From: Hyphochytrium catenoides
Lineage: Eukaryota; Protista; Hyphochytriomycota
Direction: 5' to 3'
Assembly: GCA_900088475.1 (NCBI GenBank)
Contig: FLMG01004277.1
Coordinates: forward strand, 1-64,000
DNA length: 64,000 nucleotides
In this document: piece by piece, positions 16,638 to 27,780 of the stretch
How the letters are laid out: each line of letters starts with the position of its first letter
Numbering within the stretch: the stretch's first letter is position 1
Position numbers and translations under genes: made by a program
The notes under the pieces: generated by a model
Databases searched by the model: none
Seen by the model: the letters and a program-made list of their open reading frames with translations, nothing else
What the model was told of the DNA's origin: nothing

Positions 16638-16661
16638 NNNNNNNNNNNNNNNNNNNNNNNN
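16638..16661. other. Assembly gap
   Basis: Run of N. Confidence 0.99.
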
Positions 16662-16888
16662 GACAGGATGGGGGATCCCACAAAAAAGCTCTTGGTTATC
16701 AATAAATAGCTATCAGACAACAAAGATGGCCATATGGCCCTGCCCTAAAGACAGCAATGCGTCTCTTCTATCTGACGCATCTCGCATTTCAAAGAGTCAA
16801 CAGGGTACAGCGCCCCGCACGAACGCCAACGGAAGTCTAAAGGATCAGGTGCGCCCTCCCTGAGCATCAATGAGGGGAAAAGAGGAGG

Positions 16889-19106
16889 TCATAACTGCGA
16901 AAGCTGTCGTTTAGCTGCATCAGCCACCTTTTTGGCGCCCTTGACCTCCTTGTCTAGCCTCTCCTTCTCTTTTTCTAAAGAATGAACTCTCTTTCTCAGG
17001 TCCTGAATAGCCTGGATGCAGATCCCCATTTCTTCTCTTAATGTCGCAACGGTGCCTTTGCTCTCTTGGATCTGAAAGACAGCTAAGCGGAGGTGCCCAT
17101 CACAATAGAGATCGCAGTGTGGCCCAACTTGGGCTTGAGGCATTGAGGTCTGGCAACCAAGGGTTTCTAATAAAAGTTAACGGGAACGAGGGGAGAGAAT
17201 GGATGCCAAGAAGAAAGAAGGGGCAGTGAATGTGAGAGGTGGATGTAGAGAGGAAACGGTAGCGGCAACCGCAAAAAGAAAGATGAGACACGAAGATCTC
17301 GGAGCAACAAAACCAGACAGCAACAACTCCGCCTTCACTCAGCCATAACGGTGCTACTAAGGGAGACGTTAGACAGCAATAGAAAGATGTGTAAGTTGCG
17401 GGCAAAAGAATTGAACTCAGAGTTTTATGTGAGGGCGAGAAAGGAAAGGAAATGACAGAGTGAGAAACTTGCAAGACATCCCATCTTCATCTTACCCTTG
17501 TATGGACAGTCCACCACCTTCATTCCACAGGTTGTTGCCATATGTTCCTTTATCTCTCTCCGCTGTAACTCCTGCCCACACTCCAGTGGGCAAGGCAGAA
17601 GTTTGAGTGGACAGATCGCGTCGTGTGCTGCCAGGTGACGATCTGCCAAGATGAGAGTGCAACCTGCCGGCGATGGTAAGGTTAAGAAAAGGCGCACTGC
17701 TTAGAGCTAACTAGGGATGAGATGTACAAGCCACAGATACAGCGCTGCACAAGCCTGGAGTAGTCCGGAAGGAGGATTGACGCGGCAGATGTAGGATGAC
17801 GTCTAGAGATTATATAAAATAAGGCCTTACCTTGATTCTCACAGCTCCTAGCTTGAAAAGGGCACTGCTGCTTGTGCTCTGTGAGGCCCCTCCTACCTAC
17901 ACAGCGTTTGCCACACCAAGCCGCTCGCTCTCCATCAAACTTCATCACCAAGATCTGACAAGGCAAAAGTTTATATCATGGGTCAAGGTCACTCTCATGA
18001 GCCTCGAGTCACCAAACTCTTTTCAACTCTTTTCCCGAGTCACCAAACTCTTTTCAACTCTTTTCCATCACCGCCTATCTGTTCCTTCTCATTCTCTCTC
18101 TTGCGCTGCGCCTCTGGCCCTCTTCAGCTTCGTCATTGGCTTGTTCTTACTGACACTCCTCGTTTTCCCGACAATAAAGGTCCTAGGTCGTAACCTTGAA
18201 AAGCCAATCTCAGTTCTCTGATTCTTCCCACATTGTCCCCTATTGCATCTGCGCTTCCCGGCCTGAACATCCGGAGCAATTTCTCTCACCTGCGCTAGAG
18301 ATTGACGATCCCCTAGTCTATACTGTTGCAGCTCCTCCCGACGACTTCGCACAGATTCTTTAGCGGTTTCTTTTGACCCAAACACGGATGCAACCTGCAC
18401 ATTGAAAACGCTTGCTAGATTAGAAGAACGTTGATGATAGAGAGAGAAGAGATCGGCGATGTTCATAGAGATGCGCGAGCCTAACAATTGACTGCATGGG
18501 AGACACGTATGTGGAATCTGAAACGGGTTCACTGGATTCTGCTTTCTGTACCTTGCCAAGAAAGCTTGTCTTTTTCGCCAAGAATGCACTCATCCGTGCC
18601 TCTATTGACAGGGCAATGAGCTCATAGGCCTCACAGACCAGCTCCGCGTCCTCAGAGTTGAATAGAGAGCGTAGTGAGGACGACAAAGATGAAGAGATAG
18701 AAGGCGGTTTCTGGTCTACGCCTTGGTGCGTTAAGAGAGAGACTTCTAGCTCCGAGAAGAGTCTATCCAAGACCTCCGTGTCTCCCGATCTGGAGCCTGA
18801 TGCACGAATCAGTGTCTCTAAAATGGAGTTAGATATCCGTTGGACGAGCTGTGGGTCACAGCGTTCACACATGTTGGGCCCATCATCATCCTCAAGTGAA
18901 AGCTCTGCCAGCTTCTTACAATGGGCGGGAGCCTCCAAATGCTTCTTCTTCTTCTTGTTCTTATCCCCAATATCAGGGGTTTCCGAAGGCGATACAGGCT
19001 GCTCTCCCCCTTCCCCATCTGGCTTGTCCCTTCCAACATCCTTTGAGGAGGGCTGGCTGGAGGGGCTTGATGAACCCTGGGATTCCCTTTCCTCTTCGTC
19101 CTCCAT
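16889..19106 (-). CDS. TRAF-type zinc-finger protein with C-terminal coiled coil; no RING or MATH domain seen; multi-exon
   Basis: Exons join to WCGKRCVGRRGLTEHKQQCPFQARSCENQGCTLILADRHLAAHDAICPLKLLPCPLECGQELQRREIKEHMATTCGMKVVDCPY, followed by a heptad-rich tail (IQDLRKRVHSLEKEKERLDKEVK). Confidence 0.82.
18005..18066. repeat. Perfect 31-bp tandem duplication in an intron
   Basis: cgagtcaccaaactcttttcaactcttttcc occurs twice in a row. Confidence 0.92.
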
Positions 19107-19753
19107 TGAGAGAAGCACCACAATCCAGCTGCAGATCTAGCTGCAAACTAATAAGCTTACGCAGGGGGTTTGCAGCTATAGCGTGGTCTCTAGTCCCTAT
19201 TCGTCCTCTCCACGTTCCTCACCACTCAGCATGCTGCATTCCAGGAGGGTTCGTCTTTCTTCAACTAGTGGGGCGTACCCTTCGCCAAGCTATCCAATGT
19301 TCAATCTTAGCGTTTCAGCATCTCAGCTACGACTTACACTTCCTCTGTCTCTGACATCTACTGCTCTGACTTCTGCCCCGGGCAGCATAACTCCGTTGTC
19401 TGGAGTTAGCGACTGATGAAGTTCTGATGACAGTCAAACGTCCAACTTTTCTGTTAAAAGCTGAACAATGTTCAATCAGAATCGCAATGACATTACCACT
19501 TCTCTGCCAAACACCTGCTTCTTTTGTCTACCGTCTTTGGATTAAGAAAGCGAATTGTGTTTGCATTGCGATAGTAATAGTTATTGTATGCTCCATGATA
19601 AAAAGGGTCAAAGCTCTATTTTGACTATTTTGACTCGCGACAACAATGGACTTGTAGAGCGGAGGAACGATTAGGAAAGAGTATAATGGCGGTTAGTCAA
19701 GCTCCAACATCAGAAACAAGCGACAGAGAGCGTGATGCATCAAATCTTCGTCT

Positions 19754-20254
19754 TCAGGTTCGTCCTTGTCGGAGGTTCCGGCCGCCATAGTTAGCATCGA
19801 AGAAGTAATGGAGCCCCAACTCAGACTGCAAAGAGCTTCAGATTAGACGCACACATCCAGCAGTGGGAAGGAGACTTTATAGTTAAAGATTGAAAGGTGT
19901 ATGGCTGAGAGATTTGCTCTGCACTTAGACGTCCAAGGACAGAAAGTTGCGTGGAGTCTTACTACTCAGCAGTCCACCTGTTTGATACCTGTCCAACGTT
20001 GCTTTCAACAGCAGATCGTCTACTGCATATATAACAGCCATTGCTACTTGATGTTTCATTACACTTATTGACTTGATTTACTGAATTTGCTCTTTCCAGC
20101 TCTGAGATCTCTTCTTCTTCTTTCATAAACCTACTTTCCTCCTTTCTGTAGGAGCTAGAGCTCTACCCATATCCCATTCATAATAGCTCTTTGTCTCTAA
20201 GACCACTTATCTATCCTTCACCTGGCCCGTGTCCGTCTGCGGCACATTGTACAT
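19754..20254 (-). CDS. Possible 4-exon microprotein (~61 aa), unknown function
   Basis: Phase-consistent GT-AG splicing gives MYNVPQTDTGQ-VYEKKKRSQSWKEQIH-RRSAVESNVGQ-SELGLHYFFDANYGGRNLRQGRT*. No homology recognised. Confidence 0.25.
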
Positions 20255-20310
20255 AGATGGTGCGCCTTTGACTCTTCACTGCGGTTCCAAACTACCCAAG
20301 ACGACTTGTA

Positions 20311-23242
20311 CTAAGGGATTGCTTCGTAAGTAGGGCCTTCGGGCCTGGACAGCCAACAGATGAGACCCACGCAGCAGATGGTTATCACAGCGATAATGGG
20401 AAGTAGCAGGGTCCAGCTGATAGAAGGGACAGGGAGGACCTAAAAGAGCGCGCGCCAGAGGGGATTGTGCAACAGAAGCAGTCAGGACGCGCAGCTTTAG
20501 TGGAATGACCATGCAAGCTGCAGACAGACCACTGCAAAAAAAGTAGAAGAACAAGGAAGTGATGAATTGTGACACGAAAAGGCCTTAATCGAAGACAAAT
20601 TATCTGCCACACCTTTCTTGGTCCATTGATGCATTCCTCATAGCCTTCCTGCGTGGTGTGCCATAGAAGAGTGCACAGAGCTGACTTTCTGCACCGTTCA
20701 TCTTCGCACGGTCGAAGATGCGGAGAAAGGGCATAGGAAGTGTTTCTATAGAACTTGAAGAGCTCATCCTCTTGCTGGAGACTACACAATGCAGCAAGCA
20801 GAAGGGGTGAGAACTTTATCAGCATCGCTCACTGGTGGCCCCGCTGCCCTTCCACTTTGGAGCACTCTTTAGCTTCTCTACTCGATATCTGTTATTCGCT
20901 CTCTCCTGCTTAGCTCATTCCACACTTGTCTTACCGTGTGTAAACATTCCAAAGTTCTTCATAGTTCAGCGCAGCAAGGTCAAAATCCCTAAGTAGAGGG
21001 AAAATCAAAAGGTGAACGGTAAATCTCAGCACTTGTTATATGTCCTGTGAGATTGGACCCGGAGGGCCCTAGCGATGAGGGGCCAATTAAACAGCACAAG
21101 ATAGGAGAAACTGAGAACAGGAAAGTATGGCCTATGACTGCTACATCGTCCAAAGAGAAGACGAAGGTCTGAATTGGATAGACGATCCAGTAGAGACAGA
21201 CGATTACCTGGAGAACGATGCTATCTCCTCCCACTGCAGAGGCTGCCATGCAAAGGATAAATAGATATAGGTTAGCCCTTATAATCTCTTGGCAATCTGT
21301 TTCTGACTTTCAAAGCACCCGCTAAGTGCAAGCCCTCTTTCTCCCTTACTTGCCCTCGTAGATTGGGGTAAGCCTTACCTCCTTTTCAACGTCAGAAGCG
21401 CCATGTAATTGAGCAGCATAAACCTTCAGATTCAGTAGTTCCTTGGTCTCTTTATCAACCTCCCAGACGTGGAAGCTTGGATTGTTTTTATAGATAGGAG
21501 ACAGGGAACCGCTGATGAAGAGAGGAGGCATGCTGCGGTAGTCAGGTTGTCTCCGTCCTTCTGCTGGCTCAACCCTGAATTCCACCCTATGAAGGTGGGC
21601 GAAGATTTGGCCTTGAACTACATCAGGGAAGGCGGCGATGATAGCCTTGTACGTGTGTATGTACTTAGGAAGCCATTGTGGAGAGAAATCGTGGCTACCT
21701 AAGCAGGGAGGGATGTGACCTACGACGTATGCTTTCTCTCCCTTATAGAATAAATTCTCCAACTCGTCGTGAAGCCACTGAAATTGGCCAAAGGGATCAT
21801 CCTCATAGCTGGTGTCTGGCCTGTGGATTGGCTATACCAAGAATAGTCCGGAAGGATAAAAAGTGGCAACCTTTAGAGTGAATTGGAGTGTATGAGAGGA
21901 CGGCTTTGCAGTTCGACAGCGCCTGTCCTCCAGCCGCAAGCCAAATAGATCATAACATGAGACATAATCGATGGGGTAATGACTAGAGACATGACGGCAG
22001 CTACCTGCAGCATAGTATAAAGGACGCAAAGGCATAAGAGAGTAGTACCCAGGTTCCAATGACAGGATAAGAAGGAGAATACAGAAAGATGGAGGCTTGA
22101 CACTGTCCAGATAGACGTACCGAGTAGGGCATAGTGTTTAGAACGAAAAGGGTGAGTCCATCTGCCAGTTTGTACTTCAGAGAGCCACTGTGTGAGAAGG
22201 ATTGACGCTGAGACGTTGACAGAAGGTCCTTGAAGATAGGTTCCACAAGCCTTAAGTAAGGGTTTTCCTGTCTCCGGACGTCTGACTGCTCCACCAGGAA
22301 GTAGTCACTTTCTGCAAGTTAGGAACCATTTACAAGGAACTATAGGTCAGTATCGACAAGAATGGGTTATTTATTGACCCACGACGAAGCGGATCCAGCA
22401 AGACCTATAAGGACCCTTTGAACGGCAAGTTCAAGCGCTACTGAATAGCAGGACTAATGGGATTGCGCATTGAAGTGACGACGACTTTAACGTTATTTTT
22501 CTTGCTACTTACTGAGGTCACTGTTCCCGAGTACCGCTAAGATACTTCTCTCTGGAGCGAGAGAAGGGAAAGCATTTTGGATCGTTTTCTTGGTAGTCTC
22601 TAAAGTCTCAAGAAGTCTGTCTTGGCTGTACTCCGGAACATCTGGGATAGGAGCATCAGACATAGCAAAACATTTACGACGGCGGTTAGAGCAGCCTCGC
22701 CCCTCGCCCGATGGAACTGAAAGGAGCTTGGGAGGCGAAGAGATCTTCGAACAGGCAATGAGGGAGCTAAGCTCAGGATAGTACCTGGATGGTGCCAAAC
22801 GAAATCTCCTGTGAACAACAAGTAGTCAGGATTGGGGACCAACTTTCTGGCTGCTTGAACCGCGGACTCTAGCACCGCTAAAGGAGGGTCATCCCCAAAC
22901 CTCCCATAGATATTCTTAGCGTCTCGATAATCAAGGTTAATGTGTGGATCTGAGAAGTGCAAAATCCGTTGGACGTTGCCTGCCAGGAGATAGCAGAGAG
23001 TCAGACATTGCTAAACGAGGGGGAAAAAGGAGATAGGAACTGAACAGAGAACGAAGTTTTTTCTGCCACGATGATGCAACTAAGAAAGGGGAAGGTCGCA
23101 GAAGAGTTAGGAAGCGTCTAGGTCTTTCCCAGACACACTGCATACCGCTTTGTCCCAGAATGAGAGGCAGGAACGTTAATCCAAGCCAGGCACTGAGAAC
23201 GGTCGGCGCGACCGAAGTCACGCAAGGGAGTGGCCTGCTCAT
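20311..23242 (-). CDS. Second acid sphingomyelinase-like (SMPDL3-type) phosphodiesterase, with signal peptide and C-terminal TM helix, multi-exon
   Basis: Signal peptide MSRPLPCV...LGLTFLPLILG. Motifs FSDPHIN, FTGDFVWH, LGNSD, DPFGQFQW, VGHIPP, FAHLHRVEFR, SLSPIYKNNPSF and CEDERCRKSALC. Last exon WTLLLPIIAVITICCVGLICWLSRPEGPTYEAIP*. Confidence 0.9.
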
Positions 23243-24679
23243 TATCTGAGCGACCTCTTCCGTTACCTGTCCCCTCTAACGTTAGCTGAGCACGCCACCA
23301 CTTATCCAATTTTCATCAGTAAGTGAGGTGTGTCATATCATAACGGGGCGCTATCGGTTGAATGCTTGCTCGCGAAGAAGAGGATACACCCCCTTCCAAT
23401 TGTGCTACAATTGTTGTGCTATGAGAAGAAAGTCCCCCTTGGTCTTTCTCTTCGATTCCTGTGCGGAAGGAAAGGGGTGTTCCTAGGAGAGAGTCCTGAG
23501 GCTAACGGATAAGGTCTTTTCACAGGCCGAGAGCAAGACGCAAGAGAATCTGACACTCTCTCTACGATTCGGATACTTTTGTGTGTACGTCGGATTTCAG
23601 CGCCTGGTCTAACCGAAGACAGAACTCATGGCCTTGTCGCAGCTCTTGTCGCGCAGACCACATCCCATCGGCCAATCACGCCGTCAAATAAAGTCTTGTC
23701 TTCAGTCTTCATACAGGTCTCAGACGGGTCGGAGCCTCTTCCTTCTCCAACAGACACATTAAGGGGGATGACAGATGACAAATGGCGCCGATAGCCGATA
23801 ACGACCAGAACTCAGTTACTGGGCCAATCTCCCTCTTGATTACTACATATGTTCTCCTTTAGTAACTGGATCAATAGGGAATGTAAAACAGTATCAGCGG
23901 AGAGTAAGTTGCACCTGCCAGCCATAGAACTTCTACTACTGGTAGAACTAGCAAACAACCTTATTAGAAGGAGTGCGAGAGAGAGGACTGACGCACTTTC
24001 AGGAAGAACAAGATGATGTTGAACTACTTCTGGGTCTTCCTAGACAAGAGCAGTAGTAGTCCTAAGAGAGCAAGAGGCCGTGCGCCTGTGTGGCCCGCGG
24101 TCTATTTATGTGCTGACCTAAGATAGAGTTCATAGTCATTCATTCGGTAGTCGTGTCGAGAAATCTTAGACTCCATACTCTAAGAAGGGAATGCTCGTTC
24201 GTCCGTAAGATTACCTGACATCGCCGTGCGCAGCAGCAGCTGCAGCAGCTGCAGCAGCGGCAGGCAGCAGCGGTACCATAAGAACCCCCCGAACCGGGTT
24301 CTTCACATTCTTTGTCTGCAGTCCTCTTATATAGATAAGACGGCCCTGATGGCATCCACAATCTTCTTGACGTCCACAGGCGCCGAGTTGTCATCCTTGG
24401 CAGAGGTGAGGTGATAAGGAGTGACAGAAAGAGCAAAAATAACGTGCATCCTGCAATGAGGCATTTGTCAAAGAAGATCTTGTGAAGGCCGCCCGACTCG
24501 CAAGTCGTCCTTGGGCATCAACACTGAACACTGTTGAAGATGCCAGTCAATCATGCGCCATCTCCTGCGAGATCATGCCCGCACATAGTTGCCGGAACAC
24601 TTTGATCTACAATCTTCTCATCAGAGCCCCACAGCAGTCAACTGGACTAAGCTTAATGAGAAACTTCTAAATCAGCAAG

Positions 24680-27283
24680 ATGGCTCCTAAAAGCCGGCAA
24701 AGACACCTAGGTTGGGACATTAGTGTCTTGGTCCTACTATATTCGACGTTGGCAGTGAGAGCAGACCCAGACCTTCTGGCTCCGCTTTCCGACCAGCATA
24801 CAAAATCCTTTCTTATTGAGTTTAAGGGCAAGGACTTAAGTGATGGAGGCTCAATTGATGCTATTGAGGAGGAGAGAAGGCGCTTTTATAGCTTCTTGGC
24901 AAGCGAGAGGATCCAATATAACATCTGGGCGAACTATTCATCTATCATGAACGGCATTGCCATCACTCTATCAGAGGTCAACTACGGGGAAGAGCTCCTC
25001 TCCCGATCCCCAGACGTCCTGGCTGTTTTCGACAATACTGCCTTTGGCGCTCCCTCGATGGTCGATGCTTCCTCTAACAGCGGCACAGCTCCAGATATCT
25101 TTGACAGTGGACTTCCACCTCGGCTAGAGCCTCACAATAGGACCTGGGTTAACAGGGTCCATGAAGAATTGGGTGTGAGAGGCAGGGGCATCAAAGTTGG
25201 CATTATAGACAGTGGCATTGACTACACGCATTCTGCTTTCGGCAGCTGCGCTCGCGTGGGAGCACCAGGCTGCAGAGTTGTCATAGGCAAGGACTTTGTC
25301 GGTGATGACTACGCCTCAGACCACTTGAACCCCTCACGCAGAGTGCCAGTACCAGACGATGATCCAATGGACTGCAGGGGACATGGCACATTGGTTGCTG
25401 GAGTACTTGGAGGATCGGACGCTAAGCTTACGGGTGTAGCTCCAGACGTGAGCTTCGGTGCCTACAGAATTTTCGGCTGCATTGGCTCTACATCTGTGGC
25501 CCATATTATAGCGGCGATGGAACAAGCTTTCAACGACGGGATGGATATCATCAATCTTTCGCTGGGAGAAGGAGCTACATGGCCCCAAGGTCTCGGGTCT
25601 AGATTAGCAAACAAGCTAACAGACTTAGGACGCGTTATAGTTGCCGCCACAGGAAACAAAGGTATTCGTGGACTCTGGCAATGCGATGCTCCCGGCCTCG
25701 GTGCGAAAGCCATTGCTGTCGGCTTCTATTCCCGACCTCGGGTAAGCTTCTCCACAGGGCCGCTGCCAGAGCTGGACCGGATACATTCTCAGAGCTCCTG
25801 GGGCTTGGCTCCAGATCTGGCACTGAAGCCTGACCTAGCGAGCTATGGAGAAAGACTCCTGTCAGCTCTTCCTGGAGGGCGTTATGCGAGAGACACTGGG
25901 TCTTCTATGGCTGCACCCTACGTCTCAGGCATTATTGCTCTCTATATGAGTGCCTCACCAAGAGTTAAATGGAGCCCTGCTGACATCAAGGATGCATTGC
26001 TCAACAGCGCTTTACCGCAGTATGAGGGCAACGGCCAAGAGAGGAGCCCCATATCTGTGGCGGCACAAGGAGGCGGCATGGTGAATGCATTTTTAGCCAT
26101 TCAGAGTAGAACAAGAGTTAGACCTTCACGTCTTAAGCTCGCCAACCTTCTCTCTCTTCCTCCTTCTTCACCTGCACCTATTATTCGCAGAGAGATCAAC
26201 GTTACTAACCTCGGAGGTCAGGAGGCGGTCTATGAGGTTCAGCACATTCCGGCAACCACCATAGACGCCTCTGTGGAAGGCCCTGGACTGTTTGATCGTG
26301 TGACGTTGCCTTTCCAAGTGGAACTGATCCCTGCAAATTTTACTCTGCTCCCCGGTCAGCACCGTATCGTCTCTCTGTACGTCAGGCCAGCAAAAGATAG
26401 AGCACAGTTGGCCTCTAGGCCGAGATGGATCTACTCGGGATATGTCACAATTGTTCCTAGTCCCAAAAAGAAGAAGCTCAGTGGTAATGAGATAGAGGGT
26501 CATCAACAGTCTGCAGATGGCCAGGCAGCTCTGGAGGACGGTGCCTATGTGCCCGTACACGTGCCTTATGCTGGGTTTTATGGCGATATAAGGACCTATA
26601 AGGTGCTTCCTACGGAGACGGAAGACCCTCCTACGGTCCTGCAGTACAAAGAGTATACTGCGCATCTTGACAAGCTGCGTCAGGAATACGTGGAGACTTC
26701 GCTAACCCCAGATTTTCAGAGTAAAGGTGACCTGACAGTCTTCCTGTCACGCCCCACAGACGTCGGCACGTTTACCTTCAATTTGGAGACCGGCGACTAT
26801 CCCCTCTTCCGCACCAAAATTCTGCATCCCACTCCCCGCGTTCTCTGGTCGCTCTACAGAGTAAGCGATGACAAGCAAGAAGGACAAGAGGATGAAGCAC
26901 CGCGGATAGCAGAGAAAACGGCACTGTCATTGAAGAAAGACGCCTTCGCCGGTTACATCCATGCTGCTTGGGGCCTCGGCATGACCCAGCGTTTCACTCT
27001 TGACGCCCCAAAAGACAAGCAGCTGATGTTCAAAGCTCCATACTATGAGTTTGCTTGGACACCAGATCAGAGCAATCCAGTCGTCTTCGAAGACATCCTG
27101 GCCCTTCGAAAGAAGGTCTGGACGCCCCTTCCTGATGGTCGCTACTTTGTAATCGCAGAAGCCACGAAGCCATTGGGAAGACCTGGCGTGCTAGATGTGG
27201 AACAGGTCGGTATGGATGTAGAGATTTGGAGGGGCCCAATGGTCATTGTCCAGACATCGAAGCCGACCACCAAAGTAACGTAG
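24680..27283 (+). CDS. Secreted S8 subtilisin-like serine protease (C5a-peptidase/Vpr-like) lacking the PA insert, intronless
   Basis: 867-aa ORF with a signal peptide and I9-like prodomain. Catalytic triad IIDSG, GHGT, GSSMAAP; oxyanion Asn in ATGN; Fn3-like C-terminal region. Confidence 0.93.
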   Translation: MAPKSRQRHLGWDISVLVLLYSTLAVRADPDLLAPLSDQHTKSFLIEFKGKDLSDGGSIDAIEEERRRFYSFLASERIQYNIWANYSSIMNGIAITLSEVNYGEELLSRSPDVLAVFDNTAFGAPSMVDASSNSGTAPDIFDSGLPPRLEPHNRTWVNRVHEELGVRGRGIKVGIIDSGIDYTHSAFGSCARVGAPGCRVVIGKDFVGDDYASDHLNPSRRVPVPDDDPMDCRGHGTLVAGVLGGSDAKLTGVAPDVSFGAYRIFGCIGSTSVAHIIAAMEQAFNDGMDIINLSLGEGATWPQGLGSRLANKLTDLGRVIVAATGNKGIRGLWQCDAPGLGAKAIAVGFYSRPRVSFSTGPLPELDRIHSQSSWGLAPDLALKPDLASYGERLLSALPGGRYARDTGSSMAAPYVSGIIALYMSASPRVKWSPADIKDALLNSALPQYEGNGQERSPISVAAQGGGMVNAFLAIQSRTRVRPSRLKLANLLSLPPSSPAPIIRREINVTNLGGQEAVYEVQHIPATTIDASVEGPGLFDRVTLPFQVELIPANFTLLPGQHRIVSLYVRPAKDRAQLASRPRWIYSGYVTIVPSPKKKKLSGNEIEGHQQSADGQAALEDGAYVPVHVPYAGFYGDIRTYKVLPTETEDPPTVLQYKEYTAHLDKLRQEYVETSLTPDFQSKGDLTVFLSRPTDVGTFTFNLETGDYPLFRTKILHPTPRVLWSLYRVSDDKQEGQEDEAPRIAEKTALSLKKDAFAGYIHAAWGLGMTQRFTLDAPKDKQLMFKAPYYEFAWTPDQSNPVVFEDILALRKKVWTPLPDGRYFVIAEATKPLGRPGVLDVEQVGMDVEIWRGPMVIVQTSKPTTKVT

Positions 27284-27780
27284 TGACATAGAGCTTCATT
27301 CAATCCAGCTGATAAGGAAGTGATTAAAGAGTGCGTGGCCATTATAGACATATCTTGGCTGAGCAGCTGTAAGAACAAACGCTTCTTCATTTCCTCCCAA
27401 AAAACTTGCCTGCGGCAGCCAAAGTTGAAAGCTACGGGGAATACAGATGAACAAGATGACGTGACAGAGAGAGAGAAACGCAACAAGATCTTTGTTTAGA
27501 GTTATCTTTCTCTGACATCAGAACAAAGTGCGCAAGAAATTCGCTCTGGACACCAAGAGGTACCGCTTTCTTACCTTTCAATGTTAATGGCTGACTAGCA
27601 AGAGGAGGGACATAATAGCAAGCTGAGTGGTACTGGTGGTATAACAGCAACAGTCGTCGAAGGAAAGGAAGGAAGGCAAGACGGAAAGCTCAGCATTCTA
27701 TAAAAGAGGAAGGTCTATCTATATTAAAGGGCCATATGTATATTTGTTTCCAATCGTTTCCCTACCAGCGCTCGCTAAGT

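Noticed and set aside
24140-24300. Cys-rich CRCCSCCSCCC peptide as a metallothionein or toxin
   Set aside because: It arises from a GCT/GCA triplet repeat that reads as poly-Ala in another frame.
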